In this document: piece after piece, positions 1 to 11,374 of the stretch
How positions within the stretch are numbered: the stretch's first letter is position 1
How the letters are laid out: every line of letters starts with the position of its first letter
Position numbers and translations under genes: made by a program
The notes under the pieces: generated by a model
The model's database searches: none
What the model was told of the DNA's origin: nothing
Seen by the model: the letters and a program-made list of their open reading frames with translations, nothing else
NCBI GenBank assembly: GCA_033442325.1
Contig: JAWQFM010000008.1
Coordinates: forward strand, 496,001 to 560,000
Length of the DNA: 64,000 nt
Reading direction: 5' to 3'
Source of the DNA: Salpingoeca rosetta
Lineage: Eukaryota > Protista > Choanoflagellata

Positions 1-384
1 CACCCACCCCCACTGCCCCCCCCCCCGCAACGCGGTCGTTCAAAGTCACACACGTACGCACACACTCTCTCTTAATACAGAGCAGTTCACTCTCTCCTTC
101 CCTCACGCAAACAAACGCATTTGCGCACATGCACACACACGTAACCTCGTCCACAGTGAGCTAACACGAACAAAGCAAACGCGGAAGGATAAGGCAAAAA
201 CAACCACACCTGCACCTATGTACATGCTTGCAAGTGATCGCCACACACACGCACACACACACTCTCACTCACACACATACTTACTCACTCGCCCACTAGT
301 ACACATGCACTCTGTCGACAGCAACGCCAGCCTTCATGGCAGAACAAATGGTGAAGAGGAGCGTGGCTTGTGGGTGCATGACGC

Positions 385-3300
385 TTAGGGCATGATGTCC
401 CCTGAGAAGTCGTCGTCAGACGTCGTGATGGCCGAGTCTGGTGGCGCGTAGTTGTCAAGGCTGTACTCAACAACGTCCGCAACGTTGGCGAACAAGGAAG
501 GGAGCGCTTGCACCAGCGACAGGTATGTGTCCGTCCACAATGGTTGAGAGTCGAGGGCAGCAGCAACATCGGCAGAGTAGGCGTTGGCGGCCTTCACTTG
601 CACGTCAAGACGTGACGACCCATCTGTGTTGCACACAATGGTTGGCGTGTCGATGTCCGTCGCCCGCACGGCGTACTCAGATAGCGACGTCACGAGCGCC
701 AGTTTGAGCTCGTTCAGCACGTCCTGGCTCCACAGATCACACGACACAAGCACGAAGCGCACGGCTTGTGTGACGAGCGTGTATCCGACCTGTGCGCTTG
801 CGCTCGTGTCAGCTTGGCAGTACAGTGGGGAGAAGTATGTCGCCAAGTCAACGGCCGCCTGCGCCGCCGTCAAGTTGCTCGCCGAAAACGCCTTCAGAAC
901 AAGGTACGCTCGCGTGTTCTTCGGGAACATGCGCACGCTGTCCACCTCGACGTTCAACGCCAGCGGCGCGAGCTGGCCCTCCACAACACGCCTAACGTCC
1001 GCAAACAGGCCCCCAAACCCATCAGTCTTGAGCGAATCCTTTGGGTAGCACTGCGTCTCCTTCACCACGCCCACACACTGCACTGCACCGGCGGCCGATG
1101 TACCTGCAAAACACATCAAGGCAAGGCAAAAATGTTACAGCATGCGTGAGTGAACGAGTGATGTTGAGGAGGAAGCGCGAACGGTCGTGTAATCAATGCA
1201 AGAGCAAGTCACACGCATGGTACATGCTACATGGGGAAGGGCTCAAGTGCACGTGTACACATGTACCCGCAAACACGCGCGTACACAGTCATTTATCGTG
1301 ACACACATGAGCACGATCACACAGCGTAACACGCATGAGCCAGCACGCGCGCGCACACACATCACATCACATCATACAACAACAGTCTCTCACCAAAGAC
1401 GTTGCTGTTAAGGCTGTCTACGTCAGCGCTGAGGGTACAACTGAGCTCAGTCAGCTCAAGCAGTTTCAATGCCGTGTCCTCGGCGTCAACCCGCACCTGC
1501 TCATTGAACACGCTCACATCAACACCGTCCACAGTGCCAAAGACGTCCAAGTTCTCGCCAATCGTTGCTGTTCCCGCGACATCCAGCTCACCCTCCACTG
1601 CGAGGTCGTTGGAGATGATGGCTGCGTCCGCCGACAGCACCGAGAACGTTTTCGTGCCCGTAATCTCCTGGTCGGTGTTGAGGGTGACGTAGCGTTCGTC
1701 AAGCGCCGTGTAGTTGAGGGGCGCTGTGCTGTTGAGAGCAACTTGCATGACCTCTGCAATTGCATTCATCGTCTGCGACACCGTCTCTGCCACGCGATCC
1801 TCAAGCTCCAGGCGTGTGATGGTGGCCGCTTCCTCCTGCACGTGCACACGGCACGAGGAGCCGCCGTAAGTCGCAAGGTCCACAACTGCGCTGTAGGAGC
1901 TGACGCCTGCAGGTGAGTTCGCGGTCGTGTCCGCCTTGCACAAAGCAGGTGCCGGGTCCTCCGCCTGGCCCTCGGCCGCGTTGATCTGCAGCATAACCAG
2001 CCAGCCGTAGGCAGAGAACATGCTCACAGCAATGGCGCGCCCCGAGTTGACGGGCACAGAGAGCTCGACGGCCTCGAAGCAGCCCAGCTGCGCATAAGCG
2101 GTGCCGTACAGGGCAAGCTCCTCGCGAGCCGCGGCGGCAGAGCACGTGCGCCCGTCCGACGCAACGGCGTAGTTCTCGTTCCACCGATACAGGTACCGCT
2201 TCTGCACGGGCGGCGTGATGCCGCCAACAGGGAGCCCCTCGCTGTTGTACTGCACATCCCAGCCGTCGTTGCCAAACACAAGCCAGAGCTGGCTCGAGCT
2301 GCCACACACCTCCACTGCCTCAACAGCATTGGCCTGATACGTGGCCAAGTCCTGCAGCTTGCCCATCACCTCGTCCTTTCGGTTGAAGAGCTCCACGTAG
2401 TCGGCCGTGCTAAACTGGAAGGAGGGCAGGATCTGCACCTCATCGGGCAACCGAGGGTAGGCAAAGCCCGCGCGGGGTGTGGCGGTCACCGTCTCGGACA
2501 AAGGGGCGCGGATGCTGGCTGGCGGCAGGCGGTTGTAGAAGCGCTGGTAGACGCCATACGTGGGGCCATCGGGGTTGTAGCTGCGTCCCTTGCACGGGGA
2601 CACAGGATGGTAGTGGTTCTCAAACGCCTCCCATGCAAGGAAGTGGTCCACATGTGTGGAGTACGGGCACCACTCCGTGTCGTTGGCCGGCAGTGTGACC
2701 CCGGGCAAAATGTCCACGGCTGGAGCAAAGATGCCGCCGGAGGACACATCCGGGTCTGTCGAATCAAACTTGGTGTACTCGTGGCAAGCGCTGTCAACGT
2801 ACACAGAGGACAGGTAGCCGGCCGGCGCATCTGCGTCCGTGTCTGTCGTGGTGCGCGTGTGTCGCTCCGCGAACACGGCGTAAGATCTCGTGCTCCCGTC
2901 CAGGGTCTGGCGCTCAAAGAAGACCGACTGCGTGCCGCCAGAGGTGATGGCTCCACTCATGGCCTGGGCCACCTCAAAGGCCCGGCGTCGTGGCGTTGTG
3001 GCGTGTCGGCCTGCACAAGCTCTGCTGCGGGGATGCAGCGCCCGAAGCCCGAACACCTGCGGTGCGGCGCGGCGGCGGTCGTACGACACGCTCAGCAGCA
3101 CTTCAAACCGCTTGCGGCCGTTGAGCCAGTACGGTGACATGCTCTGCCCGTCCAAGTCGTTGACGGGGATGGCTTCCTCCGTGCCACGGTCATTGCGGTA
3201 GAAGATGTTTTTGCGGGCCCTGGAGATGCCGGCGGTGATGCTGGCAACTGGCGTGGCGCGCAGTCGTGGGAAGTACCCTGTTCCGTCTTCCGTAATGTCC

Positions 3301-4501
3301 TGCCCAAGCACAGCAGATGTTGGCAGCAGGTCAGGGAAGTCGTAGGCGTGCTCGTCGCCAGCATCCGCAACGCCCGCTTGGCGGAACCTGTCTGGGCTCT
3401 GGTAGCAGGGGGATTCGGCGTGGTTGCGCTCGTCGCCAGGGTCGGGGTACGGCTGGCAGTGCATGTATGTGAGAGTGCCGTGCTCCATGAGGCGGTGGAA
3501 GCTGATTCGGTGGTTTCCGGGGATCAAGTGGTCAGTGTCGTTCTGGCCCCTGGCCACAAGGTACTCGTTGTACGCGGTGCAGTCCTCCGCAAGCGCCATG
3601 TACTGCGCACACGCTGGGGCGGCGAAGTGCGTACCAGACGTGCGCTGGCACTCCGTGGTGAACGTCGTGATGCTGGCTGGCTCGCACATGGTGTGCACCC
3701 TGCCCCGCTCAACAAACTTCTTGGAGGACGTGCTGAACACGTACAGGGTAACGGCCTTGGCCGGGTCGGGCGACAATGGCGCATCATCCACGAGGCTGTG
3801 CTCGCAGGTGGACTTGGCGTTCACGACAGCCAGCACCGTCTCGCCGCCCGTACCCGCGGTGGCGGCATCAATGCAGTCTGCAGGGTTCATGGCTGATGCG
3901 CAGGCATCAAACACCTCCTGTGTGACATTGGCCTCTGTCTGGAACACGTGGAGGGCAGAGACGCCAAGCGAGGGAAGCCGCTGCACCTCCTGGAGGCGTG
4001 GACGGGTGGTGCCGCGCGCAACGCGGAAGACAATTGTCTCCGTGCGGTGGTTGCGGACGACAGGGTCGTAAGTGCTGGAGGACTGGTCGCAGGTGGACGC
4101 GCACTGCGCTTCCGTAGCAATGGAGGAGTCAGTATTCAGGTGCCCGCAGGCGTATGCAGGGCTGCTGCGGTTCACGTACATGTCCACGCATTCCTCTGCA
4201 GTCATGTACGCCTCCTCAAATCCAACAATGACATATTGCTCGCCGCCAATATTGACGTCCACTGAGCTGGAGGCACCGTAGAGGCGGAGATCCAGGCCAT
4301 ACTCCCTGCAACAGACAGAAGAGAGTCACGGGGTGGTGATGAGTTCACGTGTGTATAGACGTGTTCGTCATGACGTGGGATGTTGGGGGAGCGTGTTGAT
4401 CGAAAAGAGGGTAAGAGACGAGCTTGTGCGGGGGGTGTGTGTGCGCGGTAGTGTGTGTTTGTTGTTTGTGTGGTAAGGTGTGTGCGTGTGTGTGTGTGGT
4501 A

Positions 4502-4535
<34 letters not shown>

Positions 4536-7500
4536 CAGTTGGAGCGTCGAGGCGTCGAGGTGGTAGAGACAACACTACGCATCCATTTCTCTGCGACTTT
4601 GCGCTTTGACATGCACGCCAGCATGCCTCTCTCGTCTTCATCGCATCAGCACACACACACACATCGCACGCGCACAACAACACAAACATACCGCACAAGA
4701 GAGGATGTTAGGCCTTCACCGCCGTTGACCTGCGTGGCCAGGGCGCTGAGCTGCAGCTCCGTCTCCACAGCCTGCTGCGACACCTGCGTGACAGAGTTGG
4801 CGATGCCCATGGTGACCGTGGACCGGAGACGAAAGAGGTTTTCCGGCCGGGAGCACAGCACGGGCGAGGTGTTGGGGCACGAGCCGACCGTATTGGTCTC
4901 GAGGATGCGCGCGTTGGCCACGGCAACGTAGGTGACCGTCTCCGTGAAGCGAACAAGCTCGAAGCGGGGAAGCTGGAACACGGCCAGGCCGACTGGGCCC
5001 TGCCCTCCGTTCTCCAGCACCAGGGCACCGTCCTCGTTCGTGCTGCTGCCGTACGCGTGCAGCTCGCCCAGCTCCGCTGTCTCCTTGAGCAGGCGGAATT
5101 CGTCCGTGAACACGTCGTAGTAGTACACTTGCGTGCGCCCGACGTTGGCTGAGTCCGCAGTGCCGCAGGCGGCAAAGGAGGTGTTGCGCTCCAATGGCGG
5201 GCAGCCGCGGTTGGTGACGGCGAGGTGCGCCTGCCCCTCAATCTCAAAGAACTCAAACTTCTCCGCAAACAGCGTGTCGAGCTTCTGGAACACGCCAAAG
5301 CGGTATCCGTTCCAGCGGTAGATTGTGGAGGAGGCCGTCTCCAGGCCGTTGTCGTGGCTCTCGGCAACGGCAAGGAAGTGCTGCACGCTGCCCGTGGTTG
5401 AGACGGAAAACGCCTCAATGTGCCTGGCGCCCACCGTGCGCAGCGTTTGGTACGGCTTGAACTCGCCCTGGAACTCCTGGCAGCCTGCCGGGTTGCCTGG
5501 TGCGATGCAGTCGCCTCGCGGGTTGTCGCTGCGAGGGTCGTACTTGAAGACGTGCGACGAAATCTCCACGTCCCAGCAAGAGGGAAAGACGGATTGCGCG
5601 TCCAAGGACGTGCACGCTTTGTCGGAGACGTACTCCGCAAAGGCCAAGAACGTTTCTCCGCGAATATCAAACACCTTGGCATGGACAACGCCAGAGAGGG
5701 ACCCGAAAACCTATCAGCGTTTGGATGGTTGCAGGTGCGCGGACATTGGTGAGCTGAAGCAGATGGCTGTCTTGCGGTGGGTTCTGAGAACATCCGCCAG
5801 TCCACCAGACAAGGAGTGTACCCACAATGTTAGACCCACTTCTTCATCTCACCCTTTGTCATCATCTCCCCTTCCATCGTCCGATCATTCTCCTTGTTAT
5901 GCTCCCCCTCTTCATTCTGCTCTGTTCTTCCCCCTTCCGCACACACAGACACGCACACACAGACACACACACGCACGCACATATACACACTCTCTCTCCC
6001 TCCCGTTCACCCCCCCCCCCTCTTCCCCGTCGCCCCCTCTTATTTGTGCTCACCTGCCACACGTTGGCACCGTTGTTGCCGATGTTCTCGTTGTACGCCG
6101 CATCGTCTGGTGATAGGGTACCGTTGGTCTGCTCCCCGCCCGTGAGGAAGAAGCCATGCTGCTGCTCCTGGCCCTGGTTGTCCGTCGTGCGTGCGCTCCA
6201 TTTCAGGATGAAGTTGGGCACACTCGTGAAGGTCTCACTGACCACCTGCCCCAGGAAGTATTGGCGCTTGACCATGTTCGTCTGCAGAATGAAGTGCTCT
6301 CCATTGATGGCGAAGTGCTCCACGTGGCGCGCACCGTGGGTCGTCCATGCGCAGTCGAGGTACTTGTGGTACCCCTGGCCCTCGCCCTGGTAACGCCAAA
6401 CGTCGCCGCACTGCTCAAACGGCCTGAAGTTGGTGCTGGTGATATCGCTGGAGAAGGACGCGGGAATGATCATGTCTTGCTCCTTGTCAGGCGAGAAGTG
6501 TGTCAGACCAACGATGCCGTTCCCGGTGATGACGCCCGTGCCCGCCTCAACAGCAGCACCGGGACCTGCGTCTGTCCATGCCTGGGTCACGGGCTGCCAC
6601 GAGTACACGCGCTGCGGGACGTCGTTTTTGCTGAGACTTGTGCACGTGCTGTCGACGCACCTCTCTGCCGATGCAACGGCAATGCACGCATTGCGAGGCA
6701 CGTCGGTGTTGAGAATGGTGGATGCGTTGCCGGCGTTGGCGTTTGTGAGCCTGAAGAAGGTGAAGTCCTGTGCGCGTGTCGTGGGAAAGAAGTCGGCGAC
6801 GCTGTCCACGTTGACAAAGTCCGTCAGCCGTGATGCAGGGACATACCGGCGCACAGGCTCGAGCTTCTCAATGGACACGATATCTGTACGTCATGCAAAC
6901 AGCGCACAGAATGGCGTGTGTGTGTGTGTGTGAAAGAGAGAGCGCGCGTATGTGTGTGTGCGGGTTGGGGGTGCAAAAGTGAGTGAGTGGGCGAGCGAGC
7001 ATGCGCGCATGGTAAGGGGAATGTCAGGTGCAAACATTGGGCAACACAGGGCTTGCGCATGCAAACTTGAATCGCAGAGAGACGCAGACACCAAGAGCAC
7101 GCACTTCATACGCACATGCACATGCACACACACACTCACACACACTCACACGCACACGCACACACACACATGCACACACATGCACACACATGCACACACA
7201 TGCACACACACACGAGTACAGACACACACACGCACACACACACGCACACGCACACACACGCACACGCACACACACGCACACATATGCACACACATGCACA
7301 CACATGCAACCAAACAAAGCCATGTGCGGAACACAAACACGAATGGCGACCTCACCCTCAAGGGTCCGTCGCCCGCGCAGGAGGACTCTGTTTTCACTGT
7401 CCATGCTCGGATATGCACTCGTCGTTGTGCTAGTCGTTGTGGTCGTTGTGGTCGAAGTCGACGTTGGCGGAGGAAGCATGGACTCTGCGTCAGCCATGAT

Positions 7501-7620
7501 CTGCCCGTGCAAGGTGGCCTTGATCTGGTCAAAGTCGGGCATGGCAGCAGTCCTTGCATTGTGCGGCACACACGACAGCACAGCCAGCACAACCACCAAC
7601 AACACAGCCTTTCCCGCCAT
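385..7620 (-). CDS. Large secreted protein (~1914 aa) with EAR/EPTP beta-propeller repeats, coiled coils and a phage-tail-fibre-like beta segment. 5 exons: 7620-7356, 6883-6054, 5710-4692, 4305-1394, 1103-385
   Basis: All four introns are GT-AG with matching phases; exons total 5745 nt (1915 codons). Signal peptide MAGKAVLLVVVLAVLSC, Thr-rich stalk and RGRR site. EAR-like blades such as YQTLRTVGARHIEAF..HFLAVAES..SSTIYRWNGYRFGVFQKLDTLFAEKFEFFEIEGQAHLAVTN. Confidence 0.8.
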
Positions 7621-8117
7621 GATGGTGGTGATGAGGTTGCAGCGTGCGGGGTTTCACTCAGAGGCCGTTGTCTGGCTGCCACGAAACCAATCAACCAACA
7701 GGGATCGAAGGAGTTACAACTACACAGCGCAGCCTTGACGCGGGCACTGCTTTGGACAAAGGTAGAGTGTGGGTGCGGTCAGCGCCTTCGGGAGCGACTG
7801 AATCCACTTCCGACCAATGAAGGTATGGTGGCGGGCCAGTAGTCGCTGCTTGTAGCGGCTCTTCTTTGAGCAAATATTCTCCGCCGAGGCCAGCATAAAA
7901 CTTTTATCATGTCGTACAACAGCTGCGCGAAACAATCAAAACCACAGCAGCACACAGTGCAGCATTGACGCGATTCATGTGATGTGATGATGACACGACA
8001 TAAGCGGCCTTGCTGTCACAGCATCAAAGCACCGCTGTGCAGGCTGCCCATGAAGTGCTGAGAGGTGTACAGCGGGCGCGAAGTAGCTAAGGATAACCAG
8101 CAATCACCACGAGAGAG

Positions 8118-8382
8118 GAAGAAGAAGAAGAAGAAGAAGAAGAAGAAGAAGAAGAAGAAGAAGAAGAAGAAGAAGAAGAAGAAGAAGAAGAAGAAGAAGA
8201 AGAAGAAGAAGAAGAAGAAGAAGAAGAAGAAGAAGAAGAAGAAGAAGAAGAAGAAGAAGAAGAAGAAGAAGAAGAAGAAGAAGAAGAAGAAGAAGAAGAA
8301 GAAGAAGAAGAAGAAGAAGAAGAAGAAGAAGAAGAAGAAGAAGAAGAAGAAGAAGAAGAAGAAGAAGAAGAAGAAGAAGAAG
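8118..8382. repeat. Perfect (GAA)n microsatellite, ~88 units
   Basis: Directly visible; lies ~18 nt downstream of the ZDHHC stop codon. Confidence 0.98.
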
Positions 8383-8400
8383 CAGTGACATCTGCTCTTG

Positions 8401-11200
8401 CTACACAACATGCTCAAGCTGTCTCTTTCGAAACCGCAACTCAGCACCCTCAAGGGGCAGCAGCCTATGCGTATGTACGTGCGTGCGTGCGTGTATGTGC
8501 GTATGTGCGTGCGTGCGTGCGTGTGTGTGTGTGTGTGCGTGTGGTTGGAGAAGCGCCGATGCATGGTTGAAGGGGGGCATGTGAGCAAGAACGAGTGTGA
8601 AGGGCGCAGTCATGGACCAGCAAAGTAGGAAGGAGTCCAGAGGCAACCACAGATGCACAAGTGCGCATGTTCAATAATACACACGGACAAACGCACCATG
8701 TCCAGTGAGGATGGGAACCAAAAACGACTCGTAGCTTGTCTACAGTTGATTCGGCCGCTGCAAACACGCGCGTTGAAAGGACGAGGGAGGGGAGGGGGTG
8801 GTTAGAGGGATTCGGAGGATAGGATAGCGACGAAGACACGTAGTGTGAGAGCACAAAGCAACCAGCTTCGATCGCCACACGCAAATGCAGACACACTCTG
8901 ATACACACACATACAGGCATGTAGACGCACACAGACGCATATAGACGCACACAGACGCACCTCTGCCCAACTTGGACCCCTTGATACGGTCGATGGTGGA
9001 AGTCTCGTTTGCAATGTTGTACAGCTGAGCAAACACAAGACAGATGGGCAGGTGGACGTCAGTCAGTCGAAGCAGTTCATCAACATCAGGCAACAGTGCC
9101 GTCCACACAACCACCACCATGACACACATACACCTACACCTACATACACACGACACGCACGCACACGCGCACACATACACACGCACACGCATTCAAGCAA
9201 GGATGCGGTCTGCGCATGCGCATGCAAGGGAGGCAACCGTTGCCCAACGCAGTACACATGAAAGCGCGCACACCCGCCACAATACCTGATCACATGTCAT
9301 AATGAGAGTAAAGAGGCCAAACAACAGGCTTTCCATGATCAGCCCAAACACCACGAGCGGTCGTAACGCCCGGTCTGAATCGAAAATGCACTCTGCAGTG
9401 TCATGTCATGTCCAACGCATGCGCGCGTGTGTGTGTTTGTGTGCGTGTGTGTGTGTTTGTTAGTGTGTTTGTTTGTTTGTTTGTTTGTGTGTGTGTGTGT
9501 GTGTGTTTCTGTGTTTGTGTGTTTGTGAGGGACGGAATGGCGGTGGTCGCCGCACTGCATCAAACGCCAAGGACAAACATGACAGGCTGTTGCGAAGCAC
9601 ATGCACACACGTGAACGTGCCCAAGCGTACACGCACGCACACATGTAGTTACGCAAGCAGGCAATACCGAGAGGGCATGCATGTAAACACCTCGTGGGCT
9701 TGGACACGAGCGGAAATGATGTATAATGATGAGAAGCAGCACCAGGGCCGAGAGAAAGATGTATGCCTTTGGATATTGTGCAGAGCGGAAACAACAGCGT
9801 TTCAGGTCGCAAAGCAATGCAACACAGTCATGCGATGAGATCAGGCGGCGCAAACACGTCACAGTCGACATCAGTTCAAGATGCACCAGCAGCATGCAGG
9901 CCACACTCCAACCAACCACGCACCGTAAACAAGATGAAGAACTTCTGGTTGTTCTCGCCCACACAGTTGTTCACCCTATGGCCAGCAGGGTGCGCGCGTG
10001 CAAGATCGTTAGGTGGCAGTCAAATGCATGCACTACAGTTGCATGCACAACAAGGACATGCACGGAACCACGGAAGCGGAACGGCGCACACGCATCGGCG
10101 AGTGCGGGTATTGTACGCACCACTGGTTCGCGAGAACGTGCATGATTCATGCGACGGCCGCAGTGGTAAGCATCAGCGGACATGTTTGGCAGAGAAGCAA
10201 TGTGAGCAATCGATGGTCACCAGCCATGGAGGATTAACTTAGAGCAGCGCGATGGCGAGAAGTCAACTGCAGTGCCCACACACACTCACACGAGCACACA
10301 CACACACACACATATATACAAACACACACACATATACATACACACACACACACACAGCTCACGGGACAGTGGTGATCCATGCGCCGAATGCATCGTCCGC
10401 ACACGCTGCAGTGGTGCGCCCTCTCGGGCTTGTACGTGTGGCACCTGCGACACACGGACACGTACTCCCCGTTGCGTAACCGCAGCTCCCCCTTTGGAAT
10501 ATGTTCCAGCTCAATCTCCCGCGGCAGCGAGGGAACGGCTACAACGTAAGCAGCAGAAGTGCGCGCGCGCGTGTGTGTGTGAAATGAACGGGCTGTCTTC
10601 TTGTGGTTGTCTTGTGTGGGAGATGAATGCAGAGACTGCCCACATGCACTGCCAACATGCACTACCCATATGCACTGGTAACATGCACTGCGCACGACGG
10701 ATGCATGACTTACAGCCGGGATCTGTGAGCATGCAGCGCATGTGCGATAGCCCCGCCAACGAAACGGTCCCAAACAACAGCAAGAAGAGGAACAGCCCCA
10801 CTGATGTGCCAATGTCCAGGAGATGTAATGCGCCTGGGAAGCGGACATGCAGCGTTGCATCGGGGGCAGTGTGAGGCAAACACAACGTAGAAGTTCCAAG
10901 CAAGTATCTGCAGACACTACGCGTCCTCATGTACCAAAACCTCTCCGATGTGGCTTGACAAGATGGTACACCACATCGCACACACAGCACACCACATCGC
11001 ACACACAGCACACCACATCGCACACACACACACATATACACACATACACACACACACACAACCAGCATGAGTTGAGGTGGGGTGAACGACAACGCACCAA
11101 GAAGCCCAAGGACCATGAGGGCATATGTCATTGTCGCTGTGAACAGCCCACAGCAGTCCACGTTGATCCACACTCGTCCATCTCCCCCCAGCGCAGGCAT
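8401..11200 (-). CDS. ZDHHC3: DHHC palmitoyltransferase, ZDHHC3/7 (GODZ)-like, multi-exon
   Basis: N-terminal [16 protein letters not shown]; [11 protein letters not shown]; Cys-rich domain [48 protein letters not shown]; [31 protein letters not shown]; ends WLLPLEG...EHVV* (TAG at 8401). Some small middle exons are uncertain. Confidence 0.9.
10121..10122 (-). other. Predicted 2-nt microexon (TG) of the ZDHHC gene
   Basis: Minus strand reads ...gaaccag|TG|gtgcgt. It bridges the phase-0 donor after CCC (10363) and the phase-2 acceptor at 9975, creating the TGG (Trp) of DHHCPW. Confidence 0.75.
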
Positions 11201-11374
11201 CGCCGTGGATGTGTCGTTGTTGTCTGCTGCGTCTGTGATGACTACTTTGTGCAATTTATGATATCAGCACAACTGCCGAACAACACGCAGCACAGGACGC
11301 AAACCAACCAACCAAGTAAGCAGAGCAGAGCAGAGCAGGTCGATGAGCCAGTGCTCAGTGGCGTGCTGGGTGGT

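Noticed and set aside
6891-7842. Long ORFs rich in HT/VC dipeptides, here and throughout the window
   Set aside because: They are translations of intronic (CA)n/(GT)n microsatellites, which lack stop codons.
8016-8588. Poly-Lys, poly-Phe and poly-Leu ORFs
   Set aside because: These are the reading frames of the (GAA)n tract; there is no other coding evidence.
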